Source: Candidatus Zixiibacteriota bacterium (lineage in GTDB: Bacteria; RBG-13-66-14; B26-G2; WVWN01). From it: DNA of 64,000 nucleotides. Location: the NCBI GenBank assembly GCA_050117845.1, contig JASFLY010000001.1, forward strand, positions 96,001-160,000, read 5' to 3'. This document shows positions 8,612-19,211 of this stretch, piece after piece (position 1 is the stretch's first letter; each line of letters begins with the position of its first letter). The notes under the pieces were generated by a model that did not search any database, was not told where the DNA came from, and was given only the letters and a program-made list of their open reading frames with translations. A program made the position numbers and the translations under genes.

Positions 8612-9889
8612 TCACTCCTCTATAACCCGCCCGTACGTGTCGAGCAGCACGCCGTCGACGCGCGTGGGCGAGAAGCAGGGATGCTCGTAACAAACTTTAC
8701 CCCCCGGGCTTACCCACGTGTCGCCCGTGCCGTCGGCGTTTATAATGTATATCTGCCGGGTACTCATGTTTTCCCCATATGCCGGGTCGTAGACGATTTT
8801 TCCGCCGTCCGGCGAGAAGCGGGGCGTTAAATGATCATGATAACTCCCGGCGCCGCCCGTAGTAGGTACCCGCCGTAGTTCGTATCTGTTTACGTCGACT
8901 ATAGTTATGCCCCCTTCCCACGATTGGAAGACGATCACTTCGCTGTCGGGGGAGAAATCGGACTTTTCTTCACGGGTATCGTTTGTCGTAACGTTGCGGC
9001 GCCCCGTTCCGTCGGCGTTGACGATATAAGCGTCGAGCGACATCCCGTGGTCCTCGTACGTCGCATCCCCGGAGATAAAGGCTATCTTCGAACCGTCCGG
9101 CGAGAAGGCGGGGTTTAAGTCTCCTATTTCCTCGTTTTCGTCGCTTGGGCCCGTGACGCGTCTGAGCCCCGTGCCGTCGACGTTAATTGCGTAAATGTCC
9201 CGCCCTCTTTCGAACGCAATCTCTTCGCCCGAAGCCGGTAGAGAGGGGGAGCCGAGGCGTTCCTCGGACGAATAAATTACACGGCGTCCGCGACCGGCAA
9301 CATCCGCGAGGACCATTACGTTAGGCGATTCCCATTGGAACGCCGTATAGACGACCGCTCGGCTGTCGGGGGTAAAGGCGAAGCCGGTAAGGTGGCAATC
9401 ATCGCCGGATAGTATCTTTTTACCTGAACCGTCGGCGTTTATTACGTACAGGGCGGTTTTATCATCCGGGATAATTTCGCGATAAGCTATCTTCGTCCCG
9501 TCGGGCGAAAATTGCGGGTATTCACCTTCGACGCCCAAATAAGCCCAGGACTTACCGTCTATCGAGGCCAGCGCAAGGCGAGGGCCGTTTACCCACCGAT
9601 TAACGTCGGCGGTGAAGGCGACGACGTTCTCGGCCCGCTTCCCGCCGTCGCACGGAACCAGCAATTCGTCCACGCTTACGAGTTCCGTATCGGGATTGGG
9701 AGGACACCAGGGGGTGTGCGCTTCGGCCGGAGTAAACCAGCCGTCGGGGCCGCTCGCGTTTGTCGTTTCCGCGACCGGTTCTCCGCCTGGAGGCACGGCC
9801 GTTTCGCCGGGGTCGGCCTTGCCGCCGCACCCTGCTAAGCGGAGTAAGCTAACCGCGAGAACAACGCTCCATGTTAAACGTCGCTTCAT
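8612..9889 (-). CDS. TolB-like (PD40-repeat) lipoprotein (paralog of 6678..7943)
   Basis: ATG 9889 after GGAG; lipobox LAGC; PD40 repeats; near-identical C-terminus DTYGRVIEE. Confidence 0.88.
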   Translation of the reverse strand: MKRRLTWSVVLAVSLLRLAGCGGKADPGETAVPPGGEPVAETTNASGPDGWFTPAEAHTPWCPPNPDTELVSVDELLVPCDGGKRAENVVAFTADVNRWVNGPRLALASIDGKSWAYLGVEGEYPQFSPDGTKIAYREIIPDDKTALYVINADGSGKKILSGDDCHLTGFAFTPDSRAVVYTAFQWESPNVMVLADVAGRGRRVIYSSEERLGSPSLPASGEEIAFERGRDIYAINVDGTGLRRVTGPSDENEEIGDLNPAFSPDGSKIAFISGDATYEDHGMSLDAYIVNADGTGRRNVTTNDTREEKSDFSPDSEVIVFQSWEGGITIVDVNRYELRRVPTTGGAGSYHDHLTPRFSPDGGKIVYDPAYGENMSTRQIYIINADGTGDTWVSPGGKVCYEHPCFSPTRVDGVLLDTYGRVIEE

Positions 9890-9903
9890 CGTACTCCCTC
9901 CCA

Positions 9904-10938
9904 TTACTCCCACGATTCGCGCGCCAACGCGTACGCGCCGTTGTATTTTTCGTACAGTTTGGAACCTCGCAACGCCTCCGGGACGGCGGCCGCGGGAACC
10001 ATTTTTACCTCGTAGTAATCGTACCAGGCCCCCGGCGTAAGTAGCCGGTCCATATCTCTAATCGTCGCGGGGTCCGCTTCCAGCAGGCGGAGGGTTTCGC
10101 CCGTCGATACGTCGTACGCCAACAATACCGGCGTCTCGGCGTCGGGGCGCTGCGTCGGCGGGTTCTCGGGCTTCTCGTAGCCGAGCCATACGACGAACTC
10201 GCCTATTATTTCGTGCTCCCACCAGCCACCCAACCAATATAAAACGCCAAGGTCGACTTGCTCCCCCGTATCGACGTCCAATAACCCGGCGTTAAACGAT
10301 CTGGTAGGGTATACGAAATGCCGGGAGTCGGGGAACCACTCGCCCCGGCCCAGGTAGCCTTCTACGAGGGCGTAACGAGCCAGGCCGCGGCCTGTGGCGA
10401 ATATCATCAACGGCACGGGCTCCCGAGAAACACTACTGCCGTACGTCTCGGCCCAGGTCGTCGGCATTACCCGGCTGTCGCCGAGGTTGACGAGGACTTT
10501 GGAGCCGTCCGGCGATAGGTAGAAATTCGGCGACGAATACATCACCACGTCGAGGACCGTGCGAAGGCCCTTTACAACCCCGGCTAACATCCCCTCGGCG
10601 TCGCCGGCCCGGCCGCGCTCGTCCGCTTCCTCAAACGGGTCGTAGAAATAGGCCGGGACAACGTCGGCGTCGGCGACCCAACCCACGGCGTCGCCCGCTT
10701 TTCCTTGCCGCCAATAGCGCCCCCCGACCTCCGTAACGACCTCGCTCAGGCTTTTAACTCTCGTACCTCTCGCTAGCACTTCTCGTACCTCGGCGTCGTC
10801 GGCCGGCTCCGTGCGTAAGGCCGCCTCGTCCACGTAGACGACGTATTCGTGCGGCGGGACGGCTTCTCCGGCCTTCGCGGGGGCCGCCGAGGTCAACGGT
10901 ATCGCCGCTGCGACGCTGGCTAATATTAACTTCCGCAT
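9904..10938 (-). CDS. Secreted SH3b-like domain protein
   Basis: Signal peptide AKA; ALRTEPADDA...GWVAD; paralog of neighbours. Confidence 0.75.
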   Translation of the reverse strand: MRKLILASVAAAIPLTSAAPAKAGEAVPPHEYVVYVDEAALRTEPADDAEVREVLARGTRVKSLSEVVTEVGGRYWRQGKAGDAVGWVADADVVPAYFYDPFEEADERGRAGDAEGMLAGVVKGLRTVLDVVMYSSPNFYLSPDGSKVLVNLGDSRVMPTTWAETYGSSVSREPVPLMIFATGRGLARYALVEGYLGRGEWFPDSRHFVYPTRSFNAGLLDVDTGEQVDLGVLYWLGGWWEHEIIGEFVVWLGYEKPENPPTQRPDAETPVLLAYDVSTGETLRLLEADPATIRDMDRLLTPGAWYDYYEVKMVPAAAVPEALRGSKLYEKYNGAYALARESWE

Positions 10939-10973
10939 CCCGTTACACTCCTATATTACCGTACGCGTCAGTA

Positions 10974-12035
10974 CTAAGCCTGCGACTCCCACGCGTACGC
11001 CCAAGCGCCGTCGTACTTCTTATATAGTTTCGAACGCTCGACCGCCGGCGGGGCCGAACCGGAAGGGTTCATTTGAATTTTGTAGAGGTCCCACCCGCGC
11101 CCGGGTTCGGCTTCGTCTGCAATTGTCGTAATATCTCCTCGCAACACGTGTTTAATCGTTTTCGTTTTCAAATCGTAAACGTATAAAGCGGGTATTCTAA
11201 AGTAGCGGTAGGGCTTCGGGACGTCCTTGAATTCATCCACCGTGTACCAGATTAGATAACCGCCGGCGAACTCGTAAGAGTGGGGCCAGTAGTTGGGTTG
11301 ATAATCCTTAGCGTCAAAATCTTCCGACGAAAGGCACCACCCCAGGTATTCAACTTCGTTGGAGGTCGTGTCGTACAGGGCCACCTGGCCGGGACACGTG
11401 TCACTCCGCCACCCGCCCACGGGAACGCCGGCGTAGGCGTAGTAACGCGACGTGGCGTCCCACCGGCCGGGGATATGGTCGCCCATCTTAAGGTGGTCGA
11501 CGAGCCCTCGTCCGTTCGCGAAGTAGAGGACTTCTTGCGGCCCGTAGGGCAGGCCGTCCGCTACCTCGACGATGAGTTTTTCCCCGTCGGGGGATACGCT
11601 GTAATAGTAGTCCTCGTATTCGGGGTCTATCCCCAACGTCCTGTTGGCCGCCACAGCCGCGGCCGACATGGCGGCGGCGTCGCCGGCCTTGCCCCGCTCG
11701 TCCGCCTCCTTGAAAGCGTCGTAGATGTCCGCCCGGAGTACGTACCGGTCCGCCACCCATCCCTCCGCGTCGCCGGCCTTCACTCGTCGCCACTCGAATT
11801 CTTCATAGGGTTCCTCGGCGGCCTGTATCCACGCGAGGCGCGTACCTTCCCGCAGTACGGCGAGGACGGTAGCCTTGGTACTCGGCCCCTCCCGCAAATT
11901 CAACGCGTCGACCCATACGACGTATTCGTGCGGCGGTGCGGCATCAGCGGCCGGTGCCGTCGCCGGGAAGGCCGCCGTCGCAAGGAGGAGGGTTACGTAC
12001 ATCGCCATCCTCGGAGTATTGTACTTACCGCCCAT
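10974..12035 (-). CDS. Secreted SH3b domain protein
   Basis: Signal peptide; LNLREGPSTKATVLAVL...WRRV..GDAEGWV SH3b motif. Confidence 0.8.
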   Translation of the reverse strand: MGGKYNTPRMAMYVTLLLATAAFPATAPAADAAPPHEYVVWVDALNLREGPSTKATVLAVLREGTRLAWIQAAEEPYEEFEWRRVKAGDAEGWVADRYVLRADIYDAFKEADERGKAGDAAAMSAAAVAANRTLGIDPEYEDYYYSVSPDGEKLIVEVADGLPYGPQEVLYFANGRGLVDHLKMGDHIPGRWDATSRYYAYAGVPVGGWRSDTCPGQVALYDTTSNEVEYLGWCLSSEDFDAKDYQPNYWPHSYEFAGGYLIWYTVDEFKDVPKPYRYFRIPALYVYDLKTKTIKHVLRGDITTIADEAEPGRGWDLYKIQMNPSGSAPPAVERSKLYKKYDGAWAYAWESQA

Positions 12036-12121
12036 TATCTTCGCCTCCGCCCGCCCGGCCCACGGTCGTCTGTATCGAAATCGGCGTGAGTGTCGCTTTC
12101 ACCTTACGCCGGCCTTTCTTT

Positions 12122-12754
12122 TTACTTCCCCGGTAGCTTATACGATATCAATTCGGCGTCCCCTATTAATTTACCTTTCACGCCGCAGGGACCGCCGACG
12201 CCGACGGCGTACCAAACTTTATACTTGGTCATTTTTTCGATATTAAAGTTATAATTAAATTCGTGATACTCGATCACCCAGCAATCTTCGAAAGTTCCCG
12301 CTTCGACTGTGCAATCTTCTACCCGTAAGACCGTCGCTTTACTGTCGTGCGAATCGTTAGGGCGACAAACCCAGGTTTTTCCTACTTCTAAAGGAAACTT
12401 AAGTAATACCCGGTAGTCATCCTGGTTCGGGTCTTCATATATCCTTACTTCGTTATTCGCGACGCGGATGAAACGATACCCCGTAAACCCCCATTTTGGG
12501 GAGTCCGGTGCTCGCATCCAATGCTCCATAACGCTGACTTCCCCGGCGGATTCGTGCTCTGATACTTCTTTAATTACGTATTTTTCGTGACCTGTACCCA
12601 TGAAGTTCTCGCACCGGTATAACCACTCGGCCCCTTCCTGGTGGGGGAAGGAAAACGACGCCAGGTCCTCGACGCGGGGCGGCGTTTTGCCGCAGTTGAG
12701 GAGTAGCGTCGCCAACGTAAATACTGCTATAGAGCTAAATCTGATGTACTTCAT
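12122..12754 (-). CDS. Hypothetical beta-rich lipoprotein
   Basis: Signal ending LLNC; FPLEVGKTW and TVEAGTFEDCWVIEY...WYAVGVG motifs. Confidence 0.7.
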   Translation of the reverse strand: MKYIRFSSIAVFTLATLLLNCGKTPPRVEDLASFSFPHQEGAEWLYRCENFMGTGHEKYVIKEVSEHESAGEVSVMEHWMRAPDSPKWGFTGYRFIRVANNEVRIYEDPNQDDYRVLLKFPLEVGKTWVCRPNDSHDSKATVLRVEDCTVEAGTFEDCWVIEYHEFNYNFNIEKMTKYKVWYAVGVGGPCGVKGKLIGDAELISYKLPGK

Positions 12755-12819
12755 GGAGGGGTCCTCCTTAATTAAGCTATACTCGTTTTCGTTATATTAA
12801 ACTCCCGGCCGAACGGCGT

Positions 12820-13380
12820 TTACCGGCGGACCAATGTAGCGATAACGATTAGTGCGAAAATAAGCGCGATAATAGCGTACAATATAAAGTGCATGCGCTG
12901 CACCGTTCGCGCGTAGAACAATTCCGGTTCTATGGAATCGCCGGTAGGGCCGTCGAACTTCGCGCCGCATTTCAAACATTTGACGGGTGTGACGCCTATA
13001 TCGCGGTCGAGTAACCAGCTTACTTCCCCACGTAATCCCCAAAAAAAGACTAACCGAAGCTCGTCACTCCCGCAAACGGGGCACGGGACGAAGCCGCGGC
13101 GACGCGGACTCGTTTCCGCATCCGCGTAATCCGGCGAAGTTACCACGGCTCCGCAAGCCGGGCAAGGCGCGGTTTCGCCCGGCTTCCGACCGGCGGCGTC
13201 CACTACCGCGCCGCATTGGCCGCATGTCAACTCGGACCCGGAGGCCTTACCCTCTTCGACTTTATCGGAGCCCGGGATAGTGACGTTCGAGAGACAACGC
13301 CGGCACAGTACCACGTCGCCCGGCTTCGCGCCTCTGACGAAGATTAAACCGCCGCACTTCTGACAGGTCAATTTCTTCAC
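12820..13380 (-). CDS. Multi-zinc-ribbon membrane protein
   Basis: Six CxxC motifs (three pairs) and a C-terminal TM helix. Confidence 0.75.
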   Translation of the reverse strand: MKKLTCQKCGGLIFVRGAKPGDVVLCRRCLSNVTIPGSDKVEEGKASGSELTCGQCGAVVDAAGRKPGETAPCPACGAVVTSPDYADAETSPRRRGFVPCPVCGSDELRLVFFWGLRGEVSWLLDRDIGVTPVKCLKCGAKFDGPTGDSIEPELFYARTVQRMHFILYAIIALIFALIVIATLVRR

Positions 13381-13437
13381 AATTAACCAACCTCGCGGAA
13401 AACGACTCGTGGCGCCGCGGTTTATGCGTGTGGCGGC

Positions 13438-14799
13438 CTAGCCGCCAGCGTTCAAAGCGCGCAGTTCGTGTTCCGCCAAAATAAACGCGCCGGTGCGCCT
13501 CGCCTCGGTGGCCGCCGCGGCCTCGAAATGGCGCCGCGCGCCTTTCAGGTCGCCGTCGAGTTTGTACTTGTACCCGACGTAAAAGTGAACGGTACAGCGT
13601 TCATTAACGTCGTTGCCGGCGCTCGAAAACAACTGCTCCTCGTTTATTTCGCCGGTTATATATAGGGCTACGTTCGCGCCGCACGTTTTCGGGTAACCGT
13701 CAATTATCGACGGCAGATACTCCGTCCCGTCCTCTCCCGCGGCCGACGCGAAGACGTACGAGAGTAAGCAACCCAGCTCGGTTCCGCCTAGTTCCGTATA
13801 TTTTCCCGCCGCGGCGAGGGCTTCCTCGTATCGGCCCTCCATATATAAAGCGATACCCTTGAGACGCCAGGCGTTCTTTTGTCCCGGGTTCAAGGTCAGC
13901 GCCTGGTCCAGGCACGTAAGGCCGCCGGCGCCGTCTCCCCGGGCGAGTAAAAACATCCCCTTATATAACCATGCCGTTTCGTCGTCCGGGTCGAGGGACA
14001 ACGCCCGATCGAATAATTTCGCGGCTTCGTCGTAATACCCCCACACGTACAGAAGCACGGCCTCGTTGCGTACGGGGTCCGCGAAGTCGGGGTCGGCGAC
14101 GATGGCGACGTTGAACGCTTTTAGTGCTTCGCTGTACTCGCCCAGGAGTCCCAAAGTTTCCCCTTTGCGGTCCCAGTAGCGGGCGTTATCCGGTTCGAGG
14201 TCGGCGGCCTCGTCGAAGCAGGCCAGCGCCTCGCGGTATCGGCCCAGCGCGAAGAGCGCCCCGCCTTCCATAAAATACGGGTACGCGGGGGCCGCGTCCA
14301 ACTCCGCCGCGCGGCTAAAAGCCCGGGCCGCTTCCCCGTACCGCCGGAGTCTGAACAACGCCATGCCTTTGCACAGGTGGGCGTCGGCGCTTTCGGGCGT
14401 CCGCGCGAGCGCTTCGGCGAAGGCGTCGAGGGCTTGTTCCGGTTCTCCCGCGAAAGTCAAGGCCTCGCCTTTACCTGTGTACGCCGACGCATGGTCGGGG
14501 TAATGTTGCAGGAACAGGTCGTACCTCGCAACCGCATCTTCGTACCGCCCGAGTTCGTATAGCGTTAATGCTTCATTATAATGGACGTAGTGGCGCCGCG
14601 GCATTAGCCAACCCGCCCGCTCGTACCATCCCAACGCCTCGTCGTATTTCCCGTCGGCGTAGTGGATTCCTCCGGCGCGGTAGCAAAAGTCGGCCGCGGA
14701 TACCCCCGTGGCGTAGGCCGTGAAATACGCTACGGCAAGGGAAACCGGCACGCCCACGACGATCGCCGCCACGATACCTATGTGCCTTAACTTAACCAT
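13438..14799 (-). CDS. Membrane-anchored TPR protein with NlpI-like C-terminus
   Basis: N-terminal TM; many TPRs (L..LGRYEEA...); C-terminal CTVHFYVG...GDLKGARRHF...A.HEL. Confidence 0.85.
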   Translation of the reverse strand: MVKLRHIGIVAAIVVGVPVSLAVAYFTAYATGVSAADFCYRAGGIHYADGKYDEALGWYERAGWLMPRRHYVHYNEALTLYELGRYEDAVARYDLFLQHYPDHASAYTGKGEALTFAGEPEQALDAFAEALARTPESADAHLCKGMALFRLRRYGEAARAFSRAAELDAAPAYPYFMEGGALFALGRYREALACFDEAADLEPDNARYWDRKGETLGLLGEYSEALKAFNVAIVADPDFADPVRNEAVLLYVWGYYDEAAKLFDRALSLDPDDETAWLYKGMFLLARGDGAGGLTCLDQALTLNPGQKNAWRLKGIALYMEGRYEEALAAAGKYTELGGTELGCLLSYVFASAAGEDGTEYLPSIIDGYPKTCGANVALYITGEINEEQLFSSAGNDVNERCTVHFYVGYKYKLDGDLKGARRHFEAAAATEARRTGAFILAEHELRALNAGG

Positions 14800-14868
14800 T
14801 AACCTTCTCCTATATAAGTAACGGCCGCCTTTCTCACCACCGGCCGGCGGCCGTGCCTGGTCATTCGT

Positions 14869-16131
14869 TTAATCCGCACCGGCGGCGGTGAACACGAACC
14901 GGTATACGACTGTACAGCTTTCCTCGCCTCCTGGCGGGAACCGCCACGCCCTTATGTGCCGGCATACTTCTCGCTCCATGGCGGCGTTACCCAGCGTGGA
15001 CGATTCGACCGAGCACGCCGTAACGGCGCCGGAGGTCGCGACCTCACACCGCACGCTCAGCTTGCCCGCCAAAGCAGCGTCCGCGCCGAGGTACTTATTA
15101 TATATGGGGTCGACGTCTTTCTTATACGCGTCCATGATAAGCGCGACGGCCTCACGCCGGCGCAAGCTACCCAGGGACGGGTCGTCGTAGCGACCGAGTT
15201 TAATCAGGAGCCGGGCTTTGCCGCGGCGCAAAAATCCGTCTTCGGGGAAGTGGGTCAAGGCTTCGTCGTAGGCCGCGAGCGCTTCATCCATCCTACCCAA
15301 TTCCTTCAACGCCCGTATCCTTCCCCCGTACGCCCGGTATCGCGTTTCAGGGAATTCGTCGTCAAAGGATTTGAGCGCGTCGCCGTAGCTTTCCGCCGCT
15401 TCCTCCCACCTCCCTAGGTCGGAGAGGATTTTTGCTTTGCCGTAAGGCGCCGTCCATCTTTCGGGCTTCAGTTCGGTTGCCCGGCCGAAGATCTCGACAG
15501 CCTCCTCGTACCGCCCCAACTCGCGGAGGGCCTTCGCTTTTCCGCAGAGCAGGAAATACCGCTCCGGCTCGAACGCAAGGCCCCGTTCGTACCACTTTAA
15601 AGCCCCTTCGTAATCGATTCGTTCGTAGCAAGCGTCGCCCTTTAATTCGCACGTATAAGCGGGTCGCCGTATAAGTAAATCGGGTATACCGAGAATAGAG
15701 CATACGGCGCAAGAAAAACCGACTAAAACCACGCCCGCTACGTAGACGAACCGGATCGTATTCGCGCGACCCATCACGTCGTCTACCGGGCGGCCGGTAC
15801 GGCCGTCGAACCGCTTGCCACATTTATCGCATTTGACGGGTACGGCCTCGCTTCGCCGCGGGAGAAGCCACCGTAGGAACCACGGTACGCCCCAAAAAAG
15901 GATTGCGGTTTTTTTATCGCTACCGCACGAGGGGCACGCTACTAACTCCGCGCCGGGGCTCCTCCCTTCCCGGCGATGCGGCCGCGTTTTCGGCCGCGTG
16001 GGGCCCTCCCCGCCGGTTCTCGGTACCTCCACGTGCGCGCCGCAGTTCCGGCATAGGACCTCGTCGCCCGGTTTCGCGTATTTGACGACGATTTCGCCGC
16101 CGCACTTCTCACATTGAAATTTCGACGCCAT
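14869..16131 (-). CDS. Zinc-ribbon / TM / TPR / AgmX-PglI-like (TonB-like) C-terminal domain protein
   Basis: Four CxxC motifs, TM, TPRs, then Y..YL..DAALAGK..V..EV..SG.V....V.SSTLGN...E......I..WRFP. Confidence 0.8.
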   Translation of the reverse strand: MASKFQCEKCGGEIVVKYAKPGDEVLCRNCGAHVEVPRTGGEGPTRPKTRPHRREGRSPGAELVACPSCGSDKKTAILFWGVPWFLRWLLPRRSEAVPVKCDKCGKRFDGRTGRPVDDVMGRANTIRFVYVAGVVLVGFSCAVCSILGIPDLLIRRPAYTCELKGDACYERIDYEGALKWYERGLAFEPERYFLLCGKAKALRELGRYEEAVEIFGRATELKPERWTAPYGKAKILSDLGRWEEAAESYGDALKSFDDEFPETRYRAYGGRIRALKELGRMDEALAAYDEALTHFPEDGFLRRGKARLLIKLGRYDDPSLGSLRRREAVALIMDAYKKDVDPIYNKYLGADAALAGKLSVRCEVATSGAVTACSVESSTLGNAAMEREVCRHIRAWRFPPGGEESCTVVYRFVFTAAGAD

Positions 16132-16173
16132 TTACTTGTCTCCCGAGACATCTCCACGGTGTAAAGCGCCGGC

Positions 16174-16524
16174 CTAAAGCCGGCCCAATAACTTCAATAT
16201 AATAAATACTACTAGAAGAAGGCCGATGATGCCGGCCACGGCGGAGTAGAAACGTGTAGTCGTGCCCCCGTCGGACAATCCCCTATCAACGGGGAGGCCG
16301 GTTAGGCCGTCGAACTGCGTGCCACATTTCTTGCATTTTACTGGAGTTCCTTCGATATGGCGGCGAAGAAACCAGAGTTCGGCAACTCTCGAAAGCCCTA
16401 AAACGATCACGTCGGCTTCGGTGGCTCCGCACACGGGGCACGGTACGAACCGGCTGAAACGTTTCCTCCGTATCGTTTCGGCTCCCCCGCCACGTTTTTT
16501 GTTTGGGGATACGATTAAGGCCAT
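16174..16524 (-). CDS. Small zinc-ribbon membrane protein
   Basis: FVPCPVCG...PVKCKKCG.QFDG.TG plus C-terminal TM; paralog of 12820..13380. Confidence 0.7.
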   Translation of the reverse strand: MALIVSPNKKRGGGAETIRRKRFSRFVPCPVCGATEADVIVLGLSRVAELWFLRRHIEGTPVKCKKCGTQFDGLTGLPVDRGLSDGGTTTRFYSAVAGIIGLLLVVFIILKLLGRL

Positions 16525-16660
16525 ACCGCAATCCCGGGGCGAACGGCCTCGGCGCCGCGCAAGGCCGCAAGCAGCCGCGCCGGCGCAAGGAACGAGATTA
16601 AATTATAATGGGATGTGATGATCGCGGGCCCTCCGCCTCGAAAAGTATTTCTATTGTTTA

Positions 16661-16689
16661 ATTATAGCCGAGGCGCGCGGGGAGGGCAA
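16661..16689 (-). promoter_or_regulatory. Sigma70-type promoter for the leftward envelope array
   Basis: TTGCCC-N17-TATAAT on minus strand. Confidence 0.65.
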
Positions 16690-16704
16690 GGGGGGAGGGG
16701 CGCT

Positions 16705-16727
16705 AAAAAGCCGGCCCGAAGGCCGGC
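16705..16727 (-). terminator. Intrinsic terminator after 16736..17011
   Basis: GCCGGCC-ttcg-GGCCGGC followed by T5 on minus strand. Confidence 0.75.
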
Positions 16728-16735
16728 GTCGGATG

Positions 16736-17011
16736 TTATTTCGGCAAGTAAGGCGCGACCAACGTCACGACGAGGAAGGCCCCCTGGCACAGGCCGATTA
16801 GGAACAGCAGCAATGTTATAAGGACGAGGCGGTTGGCCAGGTCGGCCGAACTCTTGCGGAACTCCTCCACCGCGTCCACCAACCGCGCCGCCGCTAACGT
16901 GCTAAGGGTCCAGCTCGACGTCTGGCCCGTCGGCAGTTCGCCCTCTTTTCGGTAAGCGTGGAGGCCCTTCTCGGCCTCCGTTACGACCCAGTCCCACAAG
17001 TTCTCGTCCAT
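16736..17011 (-). CDS. Small hypothetical membrane protein
   Basis: 91-aa ORF with C-terminal TM, own promoter and terminator. Confidence 0.65.
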   Translation of the reverse strand: MDENLWDWVVTEAEKGLHAYRKEGELPTGQTSSWTLSTLAAARLVDAVEEFRKSSADLANRLVLITLLLFLIGLCQGAFLVVTLVAPYLPK

Positions 17012-17069
17012 GTCGCCTTCCCCTCTACGAGCCGTTTTCGCGCGATTTTGGACAAACCTTTACCCCTAA

Positions 17070-19194
<2,125 letters not shown>

Positions 19195-19211
19195 CCCCCA
19201 CGCGGGAGGTA

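Noticed and set aside
258..16524. Integron cassette array
   Set aside because: No attC-like repeats between genes, gaps mostly too short, no integrase
16525..16600. Degenerate extra zinc ribbon upstream of 16174..16524 (LVPC...ACG...DCG)
   Set aside because: No start codon, and cysteine spacing does not match the paralogs
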